Below, piece after piece: positions 1 to 11,479 of a stretch of 64,000 nt of DNA. The position numbers and the translations under genes were made by a program. The notes under the pieces were generated by a model that did not search any database, was not told the DNA's origin, and worked only from the letters and a program-made list of their open reading frames with translations. Source of the DNA: the human T2T-CHM13v2.0 reference genome, Homo sapiens; NCBI RefSeq assembly GCF_009914755.1, contig NC_060928.1; one strand, given 5' to 3'. Position 1 is the first letter of the stretch; each line of letters starts with the position of its first letter.

Positions 1-1625
1 CCTAATTGTCAGAGAGTTCCAGCAGAACGGCCTCCCCACTGACATTCACCAGCCCGCCTGCACCTTCCCCCAACTGCAACCTCCCCCATACTGCTTTGTC
101 AGTACACACACACCCATAACCAACCCCCACAATCGTTTGATGGGTCATGTGGGATCAGGTGGACCTTCCTTCCCTTCCCCTACCACTGGCAGGTATTTGC
201 ATATACACCCCACCATGCCATGGCTGCCAGTGTGAGCACACTCTGCCCCCTGCTGTGCCACCATTGACAACATAGATGCACATAAGACCAGCAGCCCTGC
301 CTGCCATTCTGTGCCACAATTGCCACTGGCACAATTGCAAATGTGGAGACCTCTAGCACCACTTTCACCAGTGCTCTACCCCTGCATTGATACCACCGGC
401 ACAAACCTGTGCCTGGAGAACAATGGCCCCACTCCCCACCCTGTGCCACCATTGCCACCAGCATGAACATGTGCATAGAGGGCAGCAACCCCACACCTAC
501 TAGTTCCCCACCCCGTGCCAATACTGCTGCCTGCATAAACCTGCACGTGGAGAACAGTGGCCATGCTGCCACCACTGCTGCTGTGAACACCCGCAGGAGA
601 CTGGCACTGCACTGTACCCACCAGCTCCCTGCCTTAACCCACAAGCATGCACTCCGCCATGCTGCCACTGCACTGACACATGCAAGTGATTACAGATCCC
701 ACTACCACTGCCTAAAAAGCACTTTGGCTGGCACCACCCATTGGAATGTTGTGATGAGCAGTCTGGGAGCACTTGAGCCCCCCCCCAGTGCAGCAGGTTC
801 CTAACTGTGAGGGGCCAGAGAACAAAGCAGGGAGCCCAATGCCAGCTCCCAAGAGTTACAGCACATGGCCCCAGAGTCCTGAGCGGAGCCCTGGGCCCCT
901 AAAATCTTCCAGAAAGGAACCAGTCAACTGAACCCACCTCATAAGGATGAGAAAGAACCAGTACAAGAACTCTGGCCACTCAAAAAGCCAGAGTGTCTTC
1001 TTACCTGCAAATGACCACACTACTTCCCCAGCTATGGTTCTTAGCCAAGCTGAAATGTCTGAAATGACAGATATTGAATTCAGAATATGGATAGGAATGA
1101 AGATTATTGACATTCATGAGAAAGTTGAAACCTAATCCAAGGAATCTAAGGATTAGGATAAAACAATACGTGAGCTGATGAACAAATGACCATTACAAGA
1201 AAGAACCAAACTCATCTGATAGATTTAAAACTCACTTTGAGAATTTCAGAATACAATTGCTAGCATTAACAGCAGAATTGACCAGCTAAGGAAAGAATCT
1301 CAGGGCTCAAACACCGGCTCTCTGAAATAACACAGTCAGACAAATATAAAGAAAAAGCAGTAAAGAAGAATAAACAAAAACTCTAAGAAATAAGGGATTA
1401 TGTAAAAATGCCAACAGAGAGGCCTATTGGTGTCCCTGAAAGAAAGAGAAAGCAAACAACTTGGAAAACATATTTCAGGATATCGCCATGAAAATTCCCC
1501 AAACCTTGCTAGAAAGACCAACATTCAAATTCAGAAAACACAGAGAACCCTTACAAAATACTACACAAGAATACCTTCTCCAAGACACACAGTCATCAGA
1601 TTCTTCAAAGTTGAAAGAAAAATAC
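1..1625 (+). mobile_element. Old primate L1 (L1PA15-16/L1P4-like): 5'UTR repeat region and degenerate ORF1
   Basis: C-rich repeated 5'UTR-like units at 1-900. ORF1-like translations MRKNQYKNSGHSKSQSVFLP..EMTDIEFRIW (947-1135) and ENIFQDI..ENSPNLAR..NIQIQ..PSPRHTVIRF (1427-1620), broken by stops and frameshifts. Confidence 0.85.
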
Positions 1626-1626
1626 T

Positions 1627-2220
1627 GGGTGGGCCAAGATGGCCAATTAGAAGCAGCTACAGTCTGCAGCTCTCACAGAGGACAAAATGGTGAATGAATT
1701 CTACACCTTCAACCTAGGCATCCAGGTTCTTGCATTGGGACTGACTAGGTGATCAGCATGACTCAGAGAGAGTGAGGAAAAGTAGGGTGTGGCTATGGCC
1801 CACCCAGGAGCAGCACAGAGCAAAGGGAGCTGTCATCCCCAGCCAAGGGAGTTGAGTGATTGTGTGACCCCGCACAGGAAACCACATTTCTGCCACAGAT
1901 CTTTGCAATCCACCCCCTATGAGGCCATGCCACCAGGGCCTTGGGTCTGAGGCAGAGAGCTGTGTAGATTCTCAGCGGCCACTTGGGCATGCACGGAGAT
2001 GCAGGAGTTTTTGCAAACTCCGGCCCCAGGAATTCTAGTGAGGCAGGAGATCTGTCCATTCCCATAGGAAGAGGGCTGAAGCCAGGGAGCCGAGAGGCCA
2101 CGTTCAGCGGGCCCCGCTCCCATGGCACCTCATAAGTTAAGACCCATTGGCTGGAATTCCAGCTGGCCAGCGGCAGCAGACTGGAGACCGCCTGAGATGA
2201 TTGAGTTCCACAGGAACTCG
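1627..2220 (+). mobile_element. L1 5'UTR start (L1PA8-14/L1PREC2-like)
   Basis: Begins gggccaagatggccaattagaagcagct, a typical L1 5' terminus, followed by GC-rich UTR sequence. Confidence 0.75.
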
Positions 2221-3433
2221 GAGACTGAAACTAGACCCCTTCTTTATACCATATGCAAAAATCAACTCAAGATGGATTGAGACCCAAATGTAAACCCTAA
2301 AAGTATAAAAACTCTGGAAGGTAACCTAGGATATACCATTCTGGACATAGGACCCGGCAAAGATTTCATGATGAAGACGCCAAAAGCAATTACAACAAAA
2401 ACAAAAATTGATATGTGGGACCTGATTAAAGTAAAGAGTTTCTGCACAGCCAAAGAAACTATCAACAAATAGGCAACCTAAAGAATGGGAGAAAATATTT
2501 GCAAACTATGCATCTGACAAAGGTCTAATATTCAGCATTTATAAGGAACTTAAACAAAATTACAGGAAAAAAACACCATTAAAAAGTGGGCAAAGGACTT
2601 GAAAAGAGAGTTTTCAAAAGAAGACATACATGGGCCCTACAAGCATATGAAGAAATATTCAACATCACTAATCATTAGAGAAATGCAAATCAAACCACAA
2701 TGACATACCATCTCACACTAGTCAGAATGGCTATAATTAAAAAGTCAAAAAATAACAGATGCAAGTGAGTTTGCAGAGAAAAAGAAACACTTATACACTG
2801 CTGGTGGAAACGTAAATTATTAATGGCTCAGCCATTGTAGAAAGCAGTTTGGCGAGTTCTCAAAGAACTGAAAACAGAGATACCATTTGACTCAGCAATT
2901 CCATTATTGAGTATATTCCCAAAGGAAAATGAATCATTTTACCAAAAAGACGCATGTACCCTTATGTTCACTGCAGCACTATTAACAATAGGAAACACAT
3001 GAAATCAACATAGATGCCCATCAATGGTAGATCGTATGAAGAAAATGTTGTATATATACACCATGGAATACTACACAGACATAAAAATGAATGAGATCAT
3101 GTTCTTTGCAGCAACAGGGATGGAACTGGGGCCATTAGCCCAAGCAAACTAACACAGGAACAGAAAACCAAATATCTCATGTTCTCACTTATAAGTGGGA
3201 GCTAAGCATTGAGTACATATGGACACAAAGAAGGGAACAACAGACACTGGGGCCTACTTGAGAGTGGAGGTTGAGAGGAGGAAGAAGATTACAAAACTTC
3301 CTACTGGGAACTGTGCTGATTACCTGGGTGATGAAACAATCTGTATAACAAACTCCCATAACAGGCAATTTTCCTGCATAACAAACCCGCCATGTACCCC
3401 TGAACCTAAAATAAAAGTGAATTAAAAAAAAAA
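2221..3433 (+). mobile_element. L1 ORF2 3' end + 3'UTR + poly(A) (L1PA15-16-like)
   Basis: ctgaaactagacccc...aaaatcaactcaagatggatt (ORF2 C-terminal region) through gtacccctgaacctaaaataaaagt and an A-tail. Confidence 0.9.
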
Positions 3434-3663
3434 CACCTTTTGTTAGCTTCTTCTAAAAAAAAATAATAATAAATGACCTGGCCAATTGTGCTGCATATAC
3501 TTGTCTTCCCACTTATAATAATTTATGTAGTATGCTTTATATTTTATTTTCCCTTAACTACCAGATCCATATGAATAAAACTGATTATGCCTCTTTCAAA
3601 AAAAGAGAAACCTTATTAGCATATTTATCCCTATGCTTTCATTTTAAAAATCCACTCATTCAA

Positions 3664-4132
3664 AAAAACATCTGCACTCGTATGTTTACTGCACTATTCA
3701 CAATAGCAAAGTCATGGAATCAACTGAAATGTCCATCAACAGATGATTGGATGAAGAAAATGCGGTATATATTCACCATGGAATACTACTCAGCCATAAA
3801 GAAGAATGAAATGTGATTTGCAAAAACTTAGATGGAACTTGGGACCATTATTCTAAGTGAAATAACTCATAAACAAAGTCAAATATTGCATGTTCTCACT
3901 TATAACTGGAAGCTAAACAATGGGTTGCATGAACTGAGAGAGTGCAATGATAGACAATTTAGAGACTCTAAAAGACGGGATGGGGAGGGGGAATGAGTGA
4001 TGAAAAATTACCTACTGGGTACGATGGATACTACTACAGTGATGGGTACCCTAAAAGCCCAGACTTCAGCACCAAGCAATATATCCATGTAACAAAACTG
4101 CATTTGTACCCCTAAATCTATTTTTTTAAACC
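3664..4132 (+). mobile_element. 5'-truncated L1 (L1PB/L1MA-like) with TSD
   Basis: ORF2 end CTRMF..ALFTIAKSWNQLKCPS..EYYSAIKKNE plus 3'UTR. Flanked by ccactcattcaa at 3652-3663 and 4133-4144. Confidence 0.85.
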
Positions 4133-5560
4133 CCACTCATTCAACATTATTTATTGAGCACCTAAAATGCACCAGGCAGTCTTCTAAAAACTGGGGAAAT
4201 AAAGGTGAATAAAAGAGGTTGAGCTCCCATTCTCATAGGACATACATTTTATTGGGGTAGATAGATAATAAACAATAAAATAAATATAAAAATGTAATAT
4301 AAATGGCAGGTAAATGCTTTCAAGAAAAAAAAACATGGTAATGGCATAGAGAATGATAGGAGAAAGGAATGTGATTAGGGAAGTCTTCTGTAAAAAGTGA
4401 AATTTGATCAGATAATTAAAGTGAGAAGAAATTCATGTTGCAGCTCTGAGGGAAGTATGTCCAAAGAAAATTCAGTGAGAACAAAGTTGGAGGGCAGAAA
4501 AATTTCAGGATTAGCAAGGAGGCCAGTGGCACTGAAGAGGAGTGAGAGAAGTGGAAAGAGATGATGTTAAAGAGATATGCACATATCACACAGGTCCCTG
4601 AGGGCCACAGTGAAGAGTCTGAAACTGATTCTCATGCAACAAGGAACCATTAAAATGTTTAAGCAAGGAAAAGTCATGATATATACTTTCAAAAAGTGTA
4701 TATCAATAAAGAATACACTGAAGAAAGGCAAGAGAGAATGCAGGGAGACCAGTTAGGGGTCTCTTGAATTGTCAAAGTGAGAGGTGATAATGGCTGGGAT
4801 CAGGGAAGTAGTAGTAGAAGTGGTGAGAAGTAGCCAAACATGGAATATATTTTGAAGTTTAAGTCAACAAGACTTTTGGTTGATTTTATAGGAAGTGCAG
4901 TGAGGATAAGAGAAGGTTGAAATGTGACTATAAGGTTTTCGACATTTGCGTCAGGATATGTAACATTTGCCAAGATGGTAAAGACTAGGAGATAATCATG
5001 TTTTGGGGGGAAACCAAGAGTTCTAGTTTGAATGTGTTACACTTAGATGCCTCTTAGATATTCAAATAGAGTCATCAAATAGGCAGTTGAATATAAAAAT
5101 GTGGAGTTTGGGAGAGGTCCAGGCTACAGTTATCAAATTGTGGAATCTGTTGCACAATACTAGTATTTAAAGCCATTGGACAAGATTAGATGACCAAAGG
5201 AGTAAGTATAGAGAAGAGAAGAGGCTGAGGGCTGAGTTCTGGAGCATACCAACATCCAACCACTAAAAAGACAGAAACCAGCAAAGAAGATTTAGAAATC
5301 AGAGGAGAACCAGTTGAAGAGAAGAGAAGTGAAAGAAGTGATGAGAGAGAGAGAGAACTAAAGTTTAGTTATTGAGCATGGCAAGAAGGGTGTCATTAGT
5401 GAGCCAACATGAATGATTTCAACAAAGAACTAGAAGTCCTACGACAGAATATTCAAGAAGAGATGAAAAGTAAAGAAATGTTTTTAAAAATAGGGATCAG
5501 AAAATGGGCAGTAGTTGTAGGAGGCTGTCATCTCTAGTGAAAGTTTTATTATTTTTTTAA
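4133..5560 (-). mobile_element. L2 LINE remnant
   Basis: cactcattcaacattatttattgagcacct is the reverse complement of the L2 3' tail, followed by a purine-rich L2 body. Confidence 0.8.
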
Positions 5561-6428
5561 ATGAGTGATATTAGAAAATGTGCTTATGCTGACAAGGATG
5601 ATCTGTCATGCCTAGACTTTTGAGTTTGAGAGGAGGACACATTGCCAGACTTTTATTTGTCAAAATAGATGAGCTTTCTGTCAGGAGGGAAGGTAGTTTT
5701 TCGTTGACATCTTCATTAGAATCAGTAGCATTGAATAAGAATAGCTTCAGATTCCCTTTTTTAAGACAAACATAAATAACTTCACAGGGCATGCTCTGCC
5801 TCACATAGATTTCCAGGAATCTAGGCATGTGGCAGGAGTGGCAGGCCTGCCACCCAGTGTAGCTGGTTCTGTGTGATGGATTGGTGAGCTTTGATGAATG
5901 GCCTATGCCAGGCAGCACCATTAGAGCTGACTCACTCCAGCAAGATTAATTGTATTAGATTGTACAGACATCTTTCAAGAGGGAAGCATTTCTGTTTATC
6001 TATCGCATGTCCATCACAAAGGGGGTCCCTAGCAGCCTGTCATAATCCATAAAGAGGATCAAAACATTTTCATATCTATCAAGGATGCTTTCAATGGTTT
6101 CCTCACTTCCTGTTGCATCCTCATGGCCAATAAAAACATACTTTGTTGGAGTTATTAAATTCTCATTATAAGTTATCCTTGGCACTAAGAGAGAAAATTA
6201 AAATAAAATGGTCTAAAGACCAAGGTAAACCATGGATTAATCTAGTTTGTATAACATAGCAATTATTATATTGTAAATACTTGTCCACATGGTGTCCCAG
6301 ATTCCCTGAGAGATAGTATAGAGTCTGAAATACATTGTGTTTTATGTTTTTAAGTGAATTAATTTGTGAATAAGATACATAACACTATAGGATTAATGGG
6401 AACTTAAATATTTAAAAAGGATTTGTCC

Positions 6429-6546
6429 TTTTCTTTTTTTTTTTTTTACTTTTTTCTTTTAGTTAATTTAATTTATTTATTTACTTTTTTATTATTATTA
6501 TACTTTAAGTTTTAGGGTACATGTGCACAACATGAAGGTTTGTTAT
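6429..6546 (-). mobile_element. Short L1PA 3'-end fragment with long T-rich tail
   Basis: ttattatactttaagttttagggtacatgtgcacaac, preceded by a T-rich tract. Confidence 0.85.
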
Positions 6547-6594
6547 TGATGAAGAAAATATATAAGTCCAAATGACACATATACCATATATTTT

Positions 6595-6722
6595 AGTCAA
6601 ATATTTACATAGAGCTTGCTATATGACAAGTAGTGTAAGAATTGCTTCACAAATATTAGTTCATTTAACTTCATAAGTTGGTATTATTATCAGTATTTTA
6701 CATATGAGGAAACTGAGGCAAC
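6595..6722 (-). mobile_element. MIR
   Basis: MIR core tttacatatgaggaaactgaggca. Confidence 0.7.
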
Positions 6723-6729
6723 TAACAGT

Positions 6730-6985
6730 GGCATGGAACATAAATGTGGAATAGTCATGTAATTAAGTGATATACAGAAATGATAATGAACTATAATTAT
6801 ATACAATAATGTCAAAGAATCTCCCAAAATGTAGAGTGAAAAAAGGAAGACACAAAATACTACATGCTGTATGGTTTCATTTATAGAAATTTCAAAGACA
6901 GGGAAAACTGATCTATAGTTTCAGAGATCAAGATAATGATCACACTGGGGGTGGTGGTGATTGGAAGAGGGAGTGAAAAGAGCAT
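6730..6985 (+). mobile_element. L1ME/L1MC 3' region fragment
   Basis: tgctgtatggtttcatttatagaaatttcaaagacagggaaaact..., a motif typical of old L1M 3'UTRs. Confidence 0.6.
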
Positions 6986-7110
6986 ACATTATAACAACTT
7001 TTTCCATTGTTGATGAACACTTGCATTGTTTTTAATTTTTGCTATTATGAAATGAATTGCTCTAAATATTTTTGTACATGTCTTTGGTGGGCATATATGT
7101 CTCAGTAATT

Positions 7111-7298
7111 TTTTAAACTCTTCTTTACTGTTATTAATATCAATATTCTGTATTACTATCAGTAATACCAGTATTTTTATTAGTATTTGTGTGCTATATA
7201 TTTCTTTTTCAAACTCTTCTTTGATATTAATATCAGTATTCTATATTGCTATCAGTAATGCTGGTGTTCTTTTGGTTAGTATTTATGTGCTGTAGCTT
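7111..7298. repeat. Diverged ~95-bp tandem duplication
   Basis: aaactcttcttt..tattaatatca.tattct.tatt.ctatcagtaat....ttagtattt.tgtgct occurs twice, starting near 7115 and 7211. Confidence 0.8.
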
Positions 7299-7432
7299 TT
7301 TATCCTAAGTGAGTCCTTAAATGACTATCTCTTGTAAACTGCATTTAATTGTCTTTTTACCAAAAAACAATATTAATCTTTTATTTGGATTGTTTAATTC
7401 ATTTATATTCAATGTTATTAGTGATATAGCTG

Positions 7433-7893
7433 TGATGCAGGGCAGACAAGCCTCAAAGTGGAGTTTACCTGTGATGGTTCTTGGCTTTGCCCAGGAAGGA
7501 ATTCATGGGCAAGTTAGAGGTGGAAGAAAGCAGCTTTATTGAAGAGACGTTGTTACAGCTCCATGGCTGCTCCTGCAGAGCAGGGCTACCCTGTAGTCAG
7601 ACAGTAGCAGCTTAGAGCAGTTTTGCAGTCATATTTATACCCACTTTTAATGGCATGCAGATTAAAAGGTATTTTATGCAGAAATTTCCAGGGAAGGGTA
7701 GTAACTTTGGGTCATTGCCATGGAAAGGGGCGGTAACTCCCAGGTGTTGCCATGGCGATAGTAAATTGACATGGCTCGCTGGCGGTTGGGTCTGATTGAA
7801 AGCTGCTTCCACCAGGGCCCTAATTTAACTAGTCCTCAAGTTGGTCTGGTGTCTGAGCCCCACCTCCGGAGTTGAGTCCTGCCTCCTACTTCA
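7433..7893 (-). mobile_element. ERV1 solo LTR (MER66-like) inserted in an old L1M
   Basis: TG...CA ends; AATAAA on the minus strand (~7535-7540); 4-bp TSD gctg (7429-7432) / gttg (7894-7897); L1M-like sequence continues on both sides. Confidence 0.75.
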
Positions 7894-8421
7894 GTTGGGT
7901 TTTTAAAATTATCTTTCGATTTGTTTTTTATTTGCCCCAGGTATTCCTTGTTTCTCTGTTCCCTTTTTCTTGCCTTATTTTGGAATTATGAGATATTTTT
8001 ACAATTTAATTCTTTTCTCTTACATTAAGGTTTTAGTTATACTTTCTTATACTATTTATTTCACGTATTTTAAGAACTACAGTAATTTCTCCTGTATGAA
8101 AAAAGTGAATTGAGGGGTAGGAAATGTTCCTTGTAGCCCTCAATGTTGCAGTTATAACTTTGAGTATTATTTCACCTACAGTTCAGTTCAGTGTGTTCCT
8201 TTATCCTGCAGATGGGCTTCTAGATCTAGAGATTTGATCAGACACTGGTTGCACCCCTTTGGCAACACAATAAATGGTGCTGGGTTCTTTCATCAGAGAC
8301 AAGTAGAAAACATAAAATTCACTCTGTCTTTATGTTAGCAGCTATTGATGCTCAGTGATTAGATCCATTAAGTCTTTGAGGGTTCTAAAATGGTAATATA
8401 TTAACTCAATTAAAATGAACC

Positions 8422-8425
8422 ATAT

Positions 8426-8462
<37 letters not shown>
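8422..8462. repeat. (TA)n microsatellite in place of the Alu tail
   Basis: Direct reading. Confidence 0.9.
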
Positions 8463-8465
<3 letters not shown>

Positions 8466-8732
8466 ACACGAGGTCTCACTCCATCACCTAGGCTTGAGTG
8501 CAGTGGTGCCATCTTGGCTCACTGCAACTTCCACCTCCTGGGTTCAAGCAATTCTTATGCCTCAGCCTCCTGAGTAGCTGGGACCACAGGTGCATGCCAC
8601 CACACTCGGCTAATTTTTATATTTTTTGTTAGAGACAGGGTTTCACTGTGTTGACCAGGCTGGTCTCAAACTCCTGGCTGCTTTGGCCTCCCTAAGTGCT
8701 GGGATTACAGACATGAGCCACCATGCCCGGCC
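8463..8732 (-). mobile_element. Alu (old, AluJ/S), with internal deletion in the left arm
   Basis: ggtctcactc..gagtgcagtgg..ctgggattacagacatgagccaccatgcccggcc. Confidence 0.95.
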
Positions 8733-8769
8733 TGTAAATACTTTTGTAGCCATGTCAGAAAAGTTTAAA

Positions 8770-8930
8770 GAAACTTGTAAAATTAATTCTAGTATATTAT
8801 ATACATATTTCATTAACCCAACACCTCACAAAATACTATCATTTCAACATGTAATCAATGTAAAGTTGTTAATGAAATATTTTCTTTATTTTTATTAAAT
8901 CTTTGAAATCTGTTGTGTTCTTTTGCATAT
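8770..8930. mobile_element. MER3/MER33-like hAT-Charlie fragment
   Basis: ttaaccca..tatcatttcaacatgtaatcaatgtaaa..ttaatgaaatattt matches the MER3-family core as I recall it. Confidence 0.6.
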
Positions 8931-9781
8931 GCCCTCTCTATTTTTCCCCTATGTGTTCCAGTTGTACTATTATTACATTGACAGAGCACATAGCCATTAC
9001 ATTAAATACTCTTAAATTCTCAATCTTATTTACACCACTAGCTTCATATTTAATGCTCACCACCAGTCTTTTTGTTGATCTTTCTCTAGTCATTTTGGTT
9101 GTCTGAAGCATGTTTTCTAGATATATCTTGGTGTAGGTCATTTTGTTTCAATATTTTGGGGTATGCAGTATGAAGTTTTAAAGTGTAGTTTCAAAAATTT
9201 AAAAATACTTTAATTTGCAAGAGATTTTTTTTTAATTGTTGCTTTTAGTTTAGTATTTAGTTCCTTTGCTTTGGTTTTCTTCTTTAGGTCACTTATTATC
9301 TGTAAGAGGATTCTCTTTGCCTATATTCAAAATGTGCCACTTTCAGAACCATTTTCTTTCATTTCTTTTTGATTCTGAAATTTCTTTTTACTGCATATTT
9401 CTCTGAAGCCACTATTTCTGTGTACATTCATTTTGGTGTTTGATCTTTATTTCAAAAGCTTTTTAAAATTTCTAATTTCTTCTTGAGTTCTGTCACCTAA
9501 TTTCTGAGTTTTTCTAATTTATTTCATATATTGTATCATTTTATTAATACATTTTAACTAATTTTGGAATGTATGCTGCCATTTTAATCTATATTTGAGC
9601 ATATTTTTGTGGCATAATTTTATTGCCTGAAGGATGTTATTCTGCTTCATATTCTGTTAAAATTTTAGTTTAATCTTATTTGTTAAATAGACAGATAAAT
9701 TTGTCTATATGTAATCATGTACAACATGAGAGTCACTACAAGACAATATGAAGCAAATTAACATATGTGGGGTAATGCATA

Positions 9782-11479
9782 TGATAACAGTAGTGGCCCA
9801 TCTGGAGCGGCTACTGCCATTATGCCAGCTGCAGTGGAAAGGTGTGGCCAGGGCTGCACATGCCACAGAGCCAGTGGGAGCCAGGGAAAAGTGGGAGCCC
9901 TGTCCCTTCCAAGTTGGTGGGGCAGGAGCTCCCAGGGGTCAGCTACAGGCCTCCCTGTGCTCTTGGGGATTCTGGGAGCAGACAGATGCCTGGCCATCCT
10001 GGACATAGCTGTAGCCTTCCAAGTTGTGGCTGCAGACCCAGGTCTCTTGCTCCACAGAGCAGGACCCCTGATCCTGGGAGCAGTGGCAGCTACCCAAACT
10101 GTGGTTGCACACCCAAGCATCGTTGCACTTTGCGGGGGCTGGGAAGGCCCCCCTTGCCCTCACAGGCTCAGAAATGCCTGCTCCCGCTGTCTGCCTTCTC
10201 CCTGCTGTCAGCACCTACTTTGATCTTGGAGCAAAGTCGGAGCTGAGCCCAGGTGCTGTCACAGCCCAGCTGGGTGTGCACATGGTCAAGGAGTGCTGAC
10301 AGGACAGCCCCCTGCTGCCTTGGCCCCTTCTGGACTTTGGGTGCTGATGAGCATAGGAGGGAAGCTGATGCAGGAACTGAGGGTAGCTTGGTGCTGGCCT
10401 GCAGGCACCCCTTGGCACCTATAGCCTGGGGGCCATGAATGGCAGCAGGAGGTAGACAGGGTCCTGGCTGGAAAAGGGCAATGAGGCCCCACCTTCAGGC
10501 CATGGAGGGCCTGAAGGCTGGGGGCCAGGCTGCCAGTCCTGCAGACAGGAGTGGGAACTTGTGGTTCCTTTTCCAGGCCACCCACGGCTACCCATGGACC
10601 AATCAGCACATACTTTCTCTCCTCTGAGGCCCATAAAAGCCCTGCGCTCAGCCAGAACTAAGCAGATATCTGGATGACCAGCTGCAGAAAGGAGCTACTC
10701 ATTCCAGGGCCTCCTCTCTGCTGAGAGCAGCAGACATCAGGATGACCAGCTGCAGAGAGGAGCTACCCACTCCAGGGCCTCCTCTTTGATGAGAGCTGCA
10801 GAGACAGTGGGACAACCTGTCTGCAGAGAAAAGGTACCCACTCCAAGGCTTCCTCTGAGCTATTCTGACACTCAGTAAAGCTCCTCTTTGCCTTGCTCAC
10901 CCTCTGCTTGTCTGTGTACCTCATTCTTCCTGTATGCAGGACAAGAACTCAGGACCTATAGAATGGCAGGGCTGAAAGAGCTGTGACACAAGCAGGTGAA
11001 GAGGAGAGAAGAGCTGTGGCCCTTTGGTGAGCTAGACCTGGGAGCTCCCTGAGCCAGGGTTGTGACTCTCTCTTTTGGACCCTGCAGTTCCTGGAGTCTC
11101 CAAGCTTCTGGGCGTCACCACATTCCCTGGTGGCAGCTGTGGAAGCTGCTTGTGGTGTACCTGGTCTAGCCACAGCCTCACAGAGAGCTGGCACCCATGC
11201 TGGCACCTAGAGCTGCATGCCCTGCTGCAGCTGCCAGTGTGCCTGACTGTGAACAGTGGTCAAACACCATGCTCACTCACTCACACTACCCCTCACTGCT
11301 CCCTGCCTGGCTCACCCTTGGCAGGCATGGGATCCAGACTGGTAGCATGAGCCGAATGCAGCCTGCCAGGCCAAGTGGGCAGAACAAGCCCAGCAGGCCC
11401 AAACAAAACTTGGGCAAACACACCACCAGCCACAGAGGTATCCAGCCAGAAAGGTGACACCTCAAGGATCCTTCAAACA
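9782..11479 (+). mobile_element. MER52 (ERV1) solo LTR, ~1.7 kb
   Basis: Starts tgataacagtagtggcccatctggagc; GC-rich; CCAAT, ccataaaagcc and internal gatgaccagctgcag repeats; ends near aaggatcc..aaca. Collinear with 48708-50658. Confidence 0.85.

Noticed and set aside
155-804. ORFs of 130-160 aa
   Set aside because: They fall in L1 5'UTR repeats and give low-complexity translations.
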